A stretch of DNA of 64,000 nt from Methanobrevibacter sp. (GCF_017427765.1 NZ_JAFRSC010000010.1:998-64997), one strand, 5' to 3'. Positions 29,385 to 38,795 are shown, numbered from the stretch's first letter. The notes: generated from the letters alone by a model not told the origin. Translations and numbers: made by a program.

Positions 29385-29714
29385 TCATTTTTCCATTTTT
29401 TTAAATGATTTAATGATTTCATCAATGCCTTTTCCTTCTGATACAGATTCAAATACATTTTTGATTACATCTACAATATTAGGTTTATTTTCATCCGGAG
29501 ATTCAGAAGTTTTTGTATTATCGATAGCTAAAGCAATATCTTCTGCTTTTACAGTTTTTCTTTTTGCATATTTCGCATATTCAATTGCTTTTTTAGAGAC
29601 TTCTTCTACGTAATCTTCTAAGTATTCATCCAATGCGTCTACTGCATCAGCACTTACTCTTTCCGCACCTACGTTTTTGATAATTTTTTTTACTGGAGCC
29701 TTAGGTATTTCCAT
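29385..29714 (-). CDS. Archaeal histone with ~40-aa C-terminal extension
   Basis: 'MEIPKAPV..IIK..GAERVS.DA...RKTVKAEDI' histone fold; GAGGTG RBS before ATG 29714. Confidence 0.9.
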   Translation of the reverse strand: MEIPKAPVKKIIKNVGAERVSADAVDALDEYLEDYVEEVSKKAIEYAKYAKRKTVKAEDIALAIDNTKTSESPDENKPNIVDVIKNVFESVSEGKGIDEIIKSFKKMEK

Positions 29715-29968
29715 ATTTTTCACCTCTGTTATAATCGTGTTATATTATAATATAACCATAATTTTGTTTTATTTTTACTTAAATCACTTAATTTTCATAT
29801 ATTTCCATCAACTAAACGTTTCATTCTTTTACATATTGCTATTTTAACTTTTGCAATCAGTAACAAATTCATTTAAAAAATGATTAATAATAGTGAAAAT
29901 TATTTCACTATCATTTTCTCTTTATTCTTGTGTAGCTTCAGGTAAAGTCTTTGCAATGAACAGGCCAG

Positions 29969-30256
29969 ATGAACTATTCAAGAAAAGAATGTTTAAACCA
30001 TTTGAAAAATTTGAATGCAAGTGATGAATTCTGTGAAAATGCCAATAAGATTTTTGATGAGATTTTTGACACAAACGATTCCGGCACATATGTTGAAGTG
30101 CTGATTATAGATTATGAAGACAATATTCACCTTGACATCAAATATAGCGGTGAAAAGGAAAATCTTGAACAACTTAAGAATCACTTCCAGGACAATATTT
30201 TTAAATATGCAGAAGTTTTAGGATTCAATACAATCGAATATGTAATGGATAAATAA
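29969..30256 (+). pseudogene. Probable 3' remnant of a larger gene (resembles the C-terminal soluble domain of methanogen MATE transporters)
   Basis: No RBS; 'VEVLIIDYEDNIHLDIKYSG...YAEVLGFNTIEY'. Confidence 0.4.
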
Positions 30257-30291
30257 TAATTTTAAATGAAATCAAGTTTAAGAGGGATTAA

Positions 30292-31134
30292 ATGGAATTT
30301 AAAAAATTAAACAATAATGAAAAAATTCCATACATAAGTTATGGAGTTTATGAAATCAAACCTAGAAAAACCGAAAAAGCAGTCCTTAATGCTTTAAATG
30401 CAGGTTATACTTCAATTGATAATGCACAGGTTTACTATAATGAAAAAGAAGTTGGTGAAGCTATAAAGGAATCCGGAATTCCAAGAGAAGAAATATATTT
30501 GACAAGTAAAAATTGGGTTAGCAATTCAGGCTATGAAAAAACAATTAAAGCCGTCAATAAAACATTGCAGGATTTACAAACAGATTATCTTGATTTATTA
30601 CTTATCCATCAACCATATGGTGATTATTACGGATCATACAGAGCATTACAGGATTTACAAAAAGAAGGAACATTGCTGTCAATAGGTGTTTCAAATTTTG
30701 ATTCGGCTCGCTTGGTTGACTTGACGATGAATTTCGATATTGTTCCGCAAGTTAACCAAATTGAAACAACACCTTATTTCCAGCAATATGAATCTAGTGA
30801 ATTCATGAATAAACTGGGTGTAGTCCATCAAAGTTGGGGTCCTTTTAGTGAGGGATTGGATAAGTTATTTAAAAATCCAATTCTTTTGGAAATTGCAGAA
30901 AAATATGAAAAAAGCACTGCGCAGGTAATTTTAAGATGGTTAATCGATAGGGAAATTCCTTTTTCATGCAAGTCTGTAAAAACAAAAAGAATGGAAGAAA
31001 ATATTTATATTTTTGATTTCAAGTTAAATAAAAAGGATATTGAAAAAATCAGGGAATTGGACAGGGGTAAAAGTCCTTTCATTGATTATAATGATCCAGA
31101 AACAGTAGTGGAATTTAATGAAGAGATAATATAG
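30292..31134 (+). CDS. Aldo/keto reductase
   Basis: 'IDNAQVYYNE', 'YLDLLLIHQP', 'SIGVSNF', 'QVILRW'. Confidence 0.92.
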   Translation: MEFKKLNNNEKIPYISYGVYEIKPRKTEKAVLNALNAGYTSIDNAQVYYNEKEVGEAIKESGIPREEIYLTSKNWVSNSGYEKTIKAVNKTLQDLQTDYLDLLLIHQPYGDYYGSYRALQDLQKEGTLLSIGVSNFDSARLVDLTMNFDIVPQVNQIETTPYFQQYESSEFMNKLGVVHQSWGPFSEGLDKLFKNPILLEIAEKYEKSTAQVILRWLIDREIPFSCKSVKTKRMEENIYIFDFKLNKKDIEKIRELDRGKSPFIDYNDPETVVEFNEEII

Positions 31135-31306
31135 TGACGATTTTAATGAAGAAACCGGATAATTTCTTCATTTAATCACTTATTTTGGTTCCATCGTAAT
31201 CTGTATTTCGAATCCTACTTTAACAGTATATTGTCCTGTTTAAGTTCATTGCTGGTTTAGATCACCTTTGCGGTATCTGTTTTGATATATTTTTTTACAA
31301 TTGATT

Positions 31307-31358
31307 TTAACATTTTTGTGCATGAATTGTCCTGCTTCTTTAAGCTGGCGAGGTTCAA
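31307..31358 (+). mobile_element. ~52-bp palindromic mini-element, copy 2 (degenerate)
   Basis: TTAACATTTTTGTGCATGAATTGTCCTGCTTCTTTAAGCTGGCGAGGTTCAA. Confidence 0.6.
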
Positions 31359-31360
31359 TT

Positions 31361-31846
31361 CTAAAATTTGATTCGCATTTGATTCCAGACTTCTCCTGCA
31401 TGGTGTGACTTGTCGCTTTTGCCTTCATCAATAAAGCCGAATCGTGAATAATATGAAACCAGATATTCTTTGCATGTTAAAACCACACCCAAACGGTTTT
31501 CCTTTTTTGCAACATCAATCATATGATTGACAAGCATTCCTGCATAACCGTTTTTCCTGTATTTTGGAAGGGTATTAAGGCCGAATATCATTTGCCAGTC
31601 TCCATTTTCATCATGCATTGATGCATCTTCATACATCTCATCAACCAAATCGGGAAGGTCTGTAGCAAGACCATTGATGAATGATACAATCTTTTCATCT
31701 TCACTAATAATCCAGAAATGATTTGGAAATGTGTTCAGTCTGTCTTTCAAGGCATCTTTACCAACAGCCTCTAATGGCGAAAAACATTCCTTTTCTATAT
31801 TGTAAAGATCATTAAAATCGTCTATTCTTGCATTTCTAATTTCTAT
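31361..31846 (-). CDS. GNAT N-acetyltransferase; probable ATA start at 31846
   Basis: 'LPKYRKNGYAG', 'LTCKEYLVSYYSRFGF'; GTGAT RBS before ATA-GAA-ATT-AGA; the ORF-track start overlaps the upstream gene. Confidence 0.85.
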   Translation of the reverse strand: MEIRNARIDDFNDLYNIEKECFSPLEAVGKDALKDRLNTFPNHFWIISEDEKIVSFINGLATDLPDLVDEMYEDASMHDENGDWQMIFGLNTLPKYRKNGYAGMLVNHMIDVAKKENRLGVVLTCKEYLVSYYSRFGFIDEGKSDKSHHAGEVWNQMRIKF

Positions 31847-31868
31847 CGTATCACGGCCATTAATATAA

Positions 31869-32552
31869 TCATTGTTGAAATTCGTTTGCTTTTTCAACTA
31901 ATCTTTTACCTAACTCAAAAGCTTTTTTCAAATCTTTAGGAAACTGTTCGTCTCTCTGTTTTCTTCTTACTTCCTCTACTCCTTCCATCATATCATATTT
32001 TGAATAATCAGTGAACTGGTATGTTTGGTAGGTATATAGCGTTTCTGTGTATCCGTAGATTGTTTCAAGGAAGTGCTTGTTCACTTCAAGAGCATGCTTA
32101 AATTCCTGAGCAGCCATTTCCTCGGGAGCACCTGTGGTGTAAATCATAGCGGTTGGAATGGTCCTATCAAGTAAGCTGCTTTCAAGTTCGCCAGTTTCTT
32201 CATTGATTTTTGGATTGTATGTGAGAACCGGAAACATTAACCGTTCCATAAATGATCTTGAAACTCCTGTATTGAAATAGAAATAGACTGGACTTCCAAT
32301 CACAATAACATCAGCATTCAATGTCTTTTCAAGGACTGGTCTCAAATCATCTTTGATGGCACACAGTCCGTTTGTTTTTGCATTTTTAAGTTTGCATGCA
32401 AAGCAGCTCTTACATCCTTTAAAGTCATATTCATAAAGATTAATAAATTCAACTTCTGCACCAGCTTCTTTTGCACCTTCCATTGCTTTTTCAAGCATCT
32501 GATATGTACTCCACTTCTTACGCGGACTGCCATTGATAAATATAGCTTTCAT
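31869..32552 (-). CDS. Flavodoxin / iron-sulfur flavoprotein family protein
   Basis: 'INGSPRK', 'GCKSCFAC...C', 'GSPVYF', 'FMERL'. Confidence 0.9.
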   Translation of the reverse strand: MKAIFINGSPRKKWSTYQMLEKAMEGAKEAGAEVEFINLYEYDFKGCKSCFACKLKNAKTNGLCAIKDDLRPVLEKTLNADVIVIGSPVYFYFNTGVSRSFMERLMFPVLTYNPKINEETGELESSLLDRTIPTAMIYTTGAPEEMAAQEFKHALEVNKHFLETIYGYTETLYTYQTYQFTDYSKYDMMEGVEEVRRKQRDEQFPKDLKKAFELGKRLVEKANEFQQ

Positions 32553-32817
32553 AACAATAACCTCTACAATTAATTTGTTTTAAAAACATTAAATACATTA
32601 CATATGTGGAGAGTTAATGAAAATAATTAATAACTTTCGTAGTGTCTTCACATTAACATGGGATTGTTAATGTTGATTTAATATATGTTCTTCATATGTG
32701 TTGAATGGGAAGAGGTTTAAATTGGATAGTTAATTTAAATCAAGTTTGGATATAGTTAATATTAATGTAGTTAAATCAAAAGCATTTATATATGATTATT
32801 TGTAAAAATTATTGCAT

Positions 32818-32889
32818 AGTCCCGTGGGGTAGTGGCAATCCTTTTGGGCCCTGGACCCAAAGATAGCGGTTCGACTCCGCTCGGGACTA
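32818..32889 (+). tRNA. tRNA-Gln(CTG)
   Basis: Acceptor AGTCCCG/CGGGACT (A1-U72), anticodon stem TTGGG/CCCAA with loop CCCTGGA, T-arm AGCGG-TTCGACT-CCGCT; upstream TTTATATA. Confidence 0.92.
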
Positions 32890-32939
32890 CTTAATTATCT
32901 CATTATTTTAAACACATTTTTCTATCATTATCAGTTACT

Positions 32940-32991
32940 TTAACATTTTTGTGCAAGAATTCTTCGGCTTCTTTAATCCGGTGTGGTTCAA
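32940..32991 (+). mobile_element. ~52-bp palindromic mini-element, copy 3
   Basis: TTAACATTTTTGTGCAAGAATTCTTCGGCTTCTTTAATCCGGTGTGGTTCAA. Confidence 0.6.
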
Positions 32992-33098
32992 TTATTGTTT
33001 TTATTGACTTAGTCAGCGATTCGCTTCTTAAAAGAGATGATGTAATGGGATAGTTATTTGTTTTGATTTATCTAGTTATATGATTCACGCTAGTAAAA

Positions 33099-33234
33099 AT
33101 AACTATTGTATATAATCTTAAAATGAAATTATGAATTAATAATAATTTGGAGAGAGTTATATGAAAACTTATGCGATAGTTGTATTACTTACTTCTCTCT
33201 ACACTACTTTTTTTCAAGATTTATATTAATTAAA
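33099..33234 (+). repeat. Dispersed promoter-RBS-micro-ORF/hairpin unit, copy 1 (ORF 33161-33229, MKTYAIVVLLTSLYTTFFQDLY)
   Basis: Homologous to the units at 54.7 kb and 63.2 kb. Confidence 0.7.
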
Positions 33235-33395
33235 TGTTTTTTTTTCCTGTTTTTTTTTCTATTGGCATTAATCCTATTGTCAGTTCACATAAAGATTAAT
33301 TTAATTGGAAATTTATTTTCTCCTTACTTTTGAAAATATTTAAATAATATAAAATATATAACAATTGTGATAATCCAATAAGGGGAGGGTAATAT

Positions 33396-33985
33396 ATGTG
33401 TGAAATTTTTTGTTTTAATTCAGATAAGCCAAAACAAATAAATAAATGTTTGGAATGCTTTTATAATCACTCTGAAGAACATCCACACGTATGGGGATTG
33501 GCTAATATGCAATCTGATGAATTTGTTATAGATAAAGAGCCCATTAAAGCAACATGCAGTCAACATTTAAAAAATATATTTTCCAATCCAGTTATTGGAA
33601 AAAATGTCTTTGCTCATATTAGATTGGCCACTGTGGGTGAAATAATTTCTCCCAACTGCCATCCATTCACAGAATTTGATGATAATAACAAATCTTGGTT
33701 GCTGATTCATAATGGTACCATATTCGATTATCCTAAACTCGACGAATACAAAGATAAGGAAAATGGGATACGGATTCAGAAAGAATACTTTTATACATCA
33801 TAGATAAGGTTAACGAGTATGAAAAAAAATAAAGGCTGTTTATCCACTATAAAGGAGCGATTTAATTTATTAAATGATATTATCGTTGATTTATCTAAAA
33901 ACAATAAGGTTAATCTGATGATATTTGACGGGGACATGACTTATATTCATTCAAACATGATGGATTCACTTTATTACTTGAAAAT
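33396..33985 (+). pseudogene. Class II glutamine amidotransferase (YafJ/EgtC-like), frameshifted and truncated
   Basis: 'MCEIF', 'FAHIRLAT', 'NCHPF', 'HNGTI'; frameshifts near 33767 and 33825; ends at the junction with fdhD. Confidence 0.75.
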
Positions 33986-34282
33986 AAGATTATCATTCGT
34001 GAAGACGTCAGCCGCCATGTTGCTGTTGACAAAGTTATTGGGGTCGCTGCGAAAGAAGGTTATGATTTTAGCAAGTGTTACATTTCGTATAGTGGAAGGA
34101 TGCCTGCAGACATGCTGATTAAAGTAATAAGGGTAGGTATTCCGATAATTATTTCGAATGCTGCACCTGCATCTTCAGGTATTGATGTGGCGAATTCAGG
34201 AAACATTACTGTTGTTGGATTTGTTCGAGATAACAGATTTACTATTTATACGTCACCTGGAAGGGTTAATTTAGAAAAATAG
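33986..34282 (+). pseudogene. fdhD: C-terminal remnant of formate dehydrogenase accessory sulfurtransferase FdhD
   Basis: In frame: 'REDVSRHVAVDKVIG...SGRMPADMLIKV...GIPIIIS...TVVGFVRDNRFTIY'; N-terminal half absent. Confidence 0.8.
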
Positions 34283-34287
34283 ATGAT

Positions 34288-35043
34288 TTAAAGTTTATCT
34301 AATGAAAATGAACTTAAATCCAATAAATCAAATGTTAATATTTTTGGAGCAACGGTTACTTTGCCGACTCCAGTTATTATTTTATAAGCTTCAAATGCTT
34401 CAAGACATCCGATCAAGTTTGGAGTAGGTCCGATAACAGGTGGGACTCCTGAGGTCACTCCTTTTAAAGCTTCAATTGTTTCTTTTGTCAAGTCTTTACC
34501 CAATGACGGAAGATTGAACATCTCTTCATATGTTTTTTCACTATTCGGCAGGAATACTGTAATCTGTCCTAGGGTTCCATGAATTGCTCCATGGATATAA
34601 GGAATTCCCTTTTCTTTTGCAGCTCTTGAAACGATTACTCTTGTTAAAACATTGTCGAGTGCATCGATAATGATATTGGAATCGCCGATTACCTTATCTA
34701 TGTTTGTCTGATCAACATGCTCATTGAATGTAGTGACCTTAACATAGGGGTTTATTAATCTAACTTTTTCTTTAGCAACTGCACTTTTATCAAGCCCCAA
34801 ATCACCTATTGATGCTAAAGTTTGTCTGTTTAAGTTTGAAAGGTCAAAGGCATCTTTATCGACCAGAACAAGTTCTCCAATACCCATTCTTGCAAGCATT
34901 TCGATGGTTTCACCACCGATTCCCCCACAGCCGATAACTGTGATTTTCGCATCTTTAAATCTTTCTTGTTCGCTTCTTGTTACTATACTCATCTGACGGG
35001 ATGCAATTTCCCAATATCCGTCACCTATATATCTTGTTGGCAT
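34288..35043 (-). CDS. HesA/MoeB/ThiF family E1-like adenylyltransferase
   Basis: 'VIGCGGIG', 'DKDAFDLSNLNRQ', 'IIDALDN'. Confidence 0.9.
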   Translation of the reverse strand: MPTRYIGDGYWEIASRQMSIVTRSEQERFKDAKITVIGCGGIGGETIEMLARMGIGELVLVDKDAFDLSNLNRQTLASIGDLGLDKSAVAKEKVRLINPYVKVTTFNEHVDQTNIDKVIGDSNIIIDALDNVLTRVIVSRAAKEKGIPYIHGAIHGTLGQITVFLPNSEKTYEEMFNLPSLGKDLTKETIEALKGVTSGVPPVIGPTPNLIGCLEAFEAYKIITGVGKVTVAPKILTFDLLDLSSFSLDKL

Positions 35044-35052
35044 TTTTATCAC

Positions 35053-36063
35053 CTAAATATTTCTTCTTAATTTTGATAATATTTCCATGAATGCATATAA
35101 TGCATTTTCATAATTTTCAAAGTCATTTCCTCTAATCAATCCGTTTTCGTGTATTGTAATTTTTTCTGTTTTGATTACATCATCGCTTTTAGAAATGATT
35201 TCGCTTTTGAGTAGTTTTCCAGTATTTTCCAAATTTATTGTGAATGGCAACTGATATGAAAATGAACCTTCGCTGAACTCAATACTGATGTATTCATCAT
35301 CATCGATTTGCGATAAATTTAATGCAACTTTTTCATATCCTTGCCTTTTTAATTCATTGTTAATCTCTTTAAATTTATCTTCTTTCAATATTTCATTCAA
35401 GTTATCCACTTCACATATACCAAATTTTCCCAAATCCCTAACTTTAACAATTTCACAATCGGTGTTTGCAAGAATAAAATCTTCACATTTGCTGATTCTT
35501 GAGATTTTTTCTCTTGTTGTTGGAGTGTTTGTAGGTATTCTTGTTGCAAGACAAGTGGTAGATCTTGAATATGGAATATTATTCCTATTCAGGTACTCAT
35601 GAATTTCTTTTGAAGTTAATTTGGCATCAATAAACGGTGTTTTAAACTTTTTTTTATAGGTTACTAGTATTCCTGGCCTGTCAATTACCAAATCGCTGAT
35701 ATTATTTCCATCGCAAATGAAATCAAAACCATTTTCATGAGCTATTTTCTCGATTGTAGAATACATTAAATTTCTACAGGTATAACATCTGCGGGGGGCA
35801 TTTGACATGAAGTATTCATTTTCATAAAAGTTTATGTCATATATTTCATGTTTGATTCCAAATCTTTCTGCAACCTGTTTTGTATTCTCTACAAAACCTG
35901 TTGGCAGCAGATGATTATCTATTGTAATGGCCAGGGTATCCTTTGCAACTTTTGAAGATAGGTAGGCTATTAAAGTTGAGTCGGCACCGCCTGAAAATCC
36001 AATAGCTACTTTTTTATTTTTTAAGATATTTTTCACAATATTTATTTTATCTTCCAAATCCAT
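35053..36063 (-). CDS. larE: LarE-like ATP-dependent (PP-loop) sulfur transferase
   Basis: 'FSGGADS' PP-loop, 'RCYTCR', 'DGNNISD..DRPG', 'TCLATRIP'. Confidence 0.75.
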   Translation of the reverse strand: MDLEDKINIVKNILKNKKVAIGFSGGADSTLIAYLSSKVAKDTLAITIDNHLLPTGFVENTKQVAERFGIKHEIYDINFYENEYFMSNAPRRCYTCRNLMYSTIEKIAHENGFDFICDGNNISDLVIDRPGILVTYKKKFKTPFIDAKLTSKEIHEYLNRNNIPYSRSTTCLATRIPTNTPTTREKISRISKCEDFILANTDCEIVKVRDLGKFGICEVDNLNEILKEDKFKEINNELKRQGYEKVALNLSQIDDDEYISIEFSEGSFSYQLPFTINLENTGKLLKSEIISKSDDVIKTEKITIHENGLIRGNDFENYENALYAFMEILSKLRRNI

Positions 36064-36104
36064 TCTATCACATGTGTTTTGAGTAATTATTTATAGTTTG
36101 AATT

Positions 36105-36279
36105 ACAAAGAGCACCTTTTTCTAGATGCTCTTTGTTTAAATGAGTTTTTTTTTAGGATTTGTGATTTTAGAAGTTGTGTTTAAAACTCATTTCGTATTT
36201 TATTCTTTGGAGACAATAAAACGGTTTTTTTAATTTAGGTTTTATCAATCAAGTCTTTTTTTCCTACCCGAACTGGGAA
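36105..36279. ncRNA. Candidate structured RNA (3-4 consecutive hairpins) upstream of larE
   Basis: Stems 36105-36114/36127-36136, 36139-36149/36183-36193 and 36198-36204/36215-36221. Confidence 0.4.
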
Positions 36280-36508
36280 AAATATAACAAAATATAACAA
36301 TAGTTATTTTTTTCCTTAATACAAATAGTGTAATTAAAGTATATAAATGTTTTTAATTTTTCTCAGAGGGAGTTGTTTTGGTACTTATTTTTCTAATAAT
36401 TTTTTTAAACGATTCCAATCTCTTTTTTAAATTAATTTAATCATATACAGAAAAATTTAAATCATAAGAAAATAATATAACAATTGTTAATATTTTGGAG
36501 GAATAAGT

Positions 36509-37816
36509 ATTCATGATGTAATTGTTATTGGAACTGGTGCTGCCGGTTCAACGGTAGCAAAGGATTTAAGTTTAAATGGAAGGAATGTTTTAATTCTAGA
36601 AAAGGGAAGAAAACAAAAAGAGGGCAGTTATGTAAAACACATGAAAACCAAGAAGATTCATTTAGACAATAAATTGTCTTGTGAAGATAAAATAAATTAT
36701 GAATTTTTAACCCTGCCCTTGGAGCTGACAAACATTGAAGAAATTGGTGGAACAACAACATCATCAATCGGCAATGCGTGCTTTTCATGCAGCGGATGCT
36801 ATTCAAACTCAATAATGCAGCAATTTGAAGATAAGAATCTGGATATATTTGAGGAGCTTTTAGAAGCTAGTGGTGAGTTAAATGTCAGATATTTTCCTAA
36901 AAAGCTATGGGGGCATTCAACACAACTAATTGCCGAAGCAGGTCAGGAATTAGGTTATATTGTTGAGCCGATGCCCAAATTCATAAATTTTGAAAAATGT
37001 AAGCTATGCGGCAGATGTGTTAACGGATGTGTGTTTGATGCTAAATGGGATGGAACTTACTTTGTCAATGAAGCTTTGGATTATGGTGCCGAATTAATCT
37101 GTGATTTTAACGTATTTGAGATATTGCATGAGAATAATGAGGTAATTGGAGTTGTTGGAATTGATAAAAACAATGAAACACATATTTTCAAAGCAAAAAA
37201 AGTTATCATAAGTGCAGGTGCCTTGAATACTCCAATAATATTAAAAAATTCAGGAATCAAAAATGTTGGTGACCAGATATTTTTTGACATTTTTACAACA
37301 ATTGGAGGATATCTGAAAGATGCAAATCTAAAAAATGAATTGATGATGGGCGTTAAGGCTGAATTTGGACCTTACTTTTTATCTCCCCACTATTCAATGC
37401 AGTTGCTTCCGCTGATGGAGAAGAAAGGCATTGATGCAACTGATAAGGATGTCATTGGATTGATGCTTAAGTTTGCAGATACATGCATTGGAACCATTGA
37501 CAAGGAGGGAAACATTGAAAAGACATTAACGAAAGTTGATGTTGATTTAATAAAGGAAGGCTACGATAAAGCAATTAATATTTTATTGAAATTAGGGGTA
37601 CCGAGGGATTCAATTGTTGCGACTTCACTTAAAGGAGCACATCCTGGAGGAACTGCTGCCGTAGGTGAAGTTGTCGATAAAAACTTTGAAACTGAAATAA
37701 AAGGGTTGTATGTTTGTGATGCAAGCGTTATTCCTGAAGCTCCTGGAAGGCCTCCGATACTGACTATAGTTGCAATAGCAAAAAAAGTGGCAAAAATCGT
37801 TAATAATAATATTTAA
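36509..37816 (+). CDS. GMC-family FAD oxidoreductase with Cys clusters; probable ATT start at 36509
   Basis: In-frame 'HDVIVIGTGAAG...LILEKG' lies upstream of the ORF-track ATG; 'SAGALNTP.IL', 'HPGGT', 'LYVCDASVIP'. Confidence 0.85.
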   Translation: MHDVIVIGTGAAGSTVAKDLSLNGRNVLILEKGRKQKEGSYVKHMKTKKIHLDNKLSCEDKINYEFLTLPLELTNIEEIGGTTTSSIGNACFSCSGCYSNSIMQQFEDKNLDIFEELLEASGELNVRYFPKKLWGHSTQLIAEAGQELGYIVEPMPKFINFEKCKLCGRCVNGCVFDAKWDGTYFVNEALDYGAELICDFNVFEILHENNEVIGVVGIDKNNETHIFKAKKVIISAGALNTPIILKNSGIKNVGDQIFFDIFTTIGGYLKDANLKNELMMGVKAEFGPYFLSPHYSMQLLPLMEKKGIDATDKDVIGLMLKFADTCIGTIDKEGNIEKTLTKVDVDLIKEGYDKAINILLKLGVPRDSIVATSLKGAHPGGTAAVGEVVDKNFETEIKGLYVCDASVIPEAPGRPPILTIVAIAKKVAKIVNNNI

Positions 37817-37825
37817 GGTGATATA

Positions 37826-38026
37826 ATGAGTTTTAATTTAAAATTTAAGGATATTGATGAAAAACGAGATTTAAAAGACAATTATACTATTCAAAACTTA
37901 TTGGATGATATGGAATTATCTGCTCAAACAATTGTTGCAAAGCAAAACGGGGAGTTAGCAATCGAAGAAAGCGTAATTGAGGACGGGGATGAAATCCAAT
38001 TAGTTCAAATAATATACGGAGGATAA
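37826..38026 (+). CDS. ThiS/MoaD ubiquitin-like sulfur carrier
   Basis: 66 aa ending 'EDGDEIQLVQIIYGG'. Confidence 0.9.
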   Translation: MSFNLKFKDIDEKRDLKDNYTIQNLLDDMELSAQTIVAKQNGELAIEESVIEDGDEIQLVQIIYGG

Positions 38027-38117
38027 ACGAAAATAGTTTTCATATTCAAAAACTGTTTTATAGTTTCTATTTTTTCAGTACAAATAAAATTAATATGGTG
38101 TTTGAATGGATTATAAT

Positions 38118-38172
38118 TTAACCTTTTTGTGCAAGAATTCTCCGGCTTCTTTAAGCCGGAGATGAATTGCAC
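38118..38172 (+). mobile_element. IS200/IS605-type left-end hairpin
   Basis: TTAAC...GTGCAAGAATTCTCCGGCTT-cttt-AAGCCGGAGATGAATTGCAC upstream of a tnpB fragment. Confidence 0.6.
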
Positions 38173-38413
38173 TTTGAGGAGGTATTATAATTTTTTTCAT
38201 TAAAAAAATGTATTACTTTTCAAATGCTCTCTTGGATTATCTCTTTTTATTGTAAGTGTATATACTTATAGTTATGGAAAAGAACAGTTATTTTAGTTCC
38301 TTTGGGTAAAAATGCAGGTTTCTTTTATGGGATCCTAAATGTATTTTTTTAGGGAGAATATGATGATTGTTCTTTTTTGTCTAAAAATTAATTTGTGTGG
38401 ATTTTTGAGTTTT

Positions 38414-38724
38414 ATGGTTGAAAGAGTTTTATTTTGACTGATAAAATTGAATTTGTTCCTGATAAGGATTTAGAAAGGGCATTGAATTTCAATTTGCGTG
38501 CCACAGGTTATGTATTCAATAAAACATTGGAATACAGTATTTACCATGAAAACCTAGTCAAAGAATTCAATATTGGCAACCAATTTAAAGTAAATCGCAG
38601 TTACACACAAAAAATCATTAAACATCTAATAAAACGCAAACCTTTTTTGAAAAAAGCATGCGATGACATGAACCAGGAGGAATATATTCAAAAGGCATAT
38701 GAAAATATTAGGAGATTCGATTGA
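38414..38724 (+). pseudogene. tnpB: Truncated TnpB (IS605 OrfB N-terminal HTH)
   Basis: 'IEFVPDKDLERALNFNLRATGYVFNKTLE...KRKPFLKKA'; RuvC domain absent. Confidence 0.6.
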
Positions 38725-38795
38725 ATCTCTAATATATATTTTTGGAAATAATAATGAATGGGATATTCAATAAATTCCTCTTTCACTATTTTTTT

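Noticed and set aside
38434-38724. Active TnpB/omegaRNA nuclease system
   Set aside because: Only the N-terminal HTH remains; no RuvC and no recognisable right end downstream
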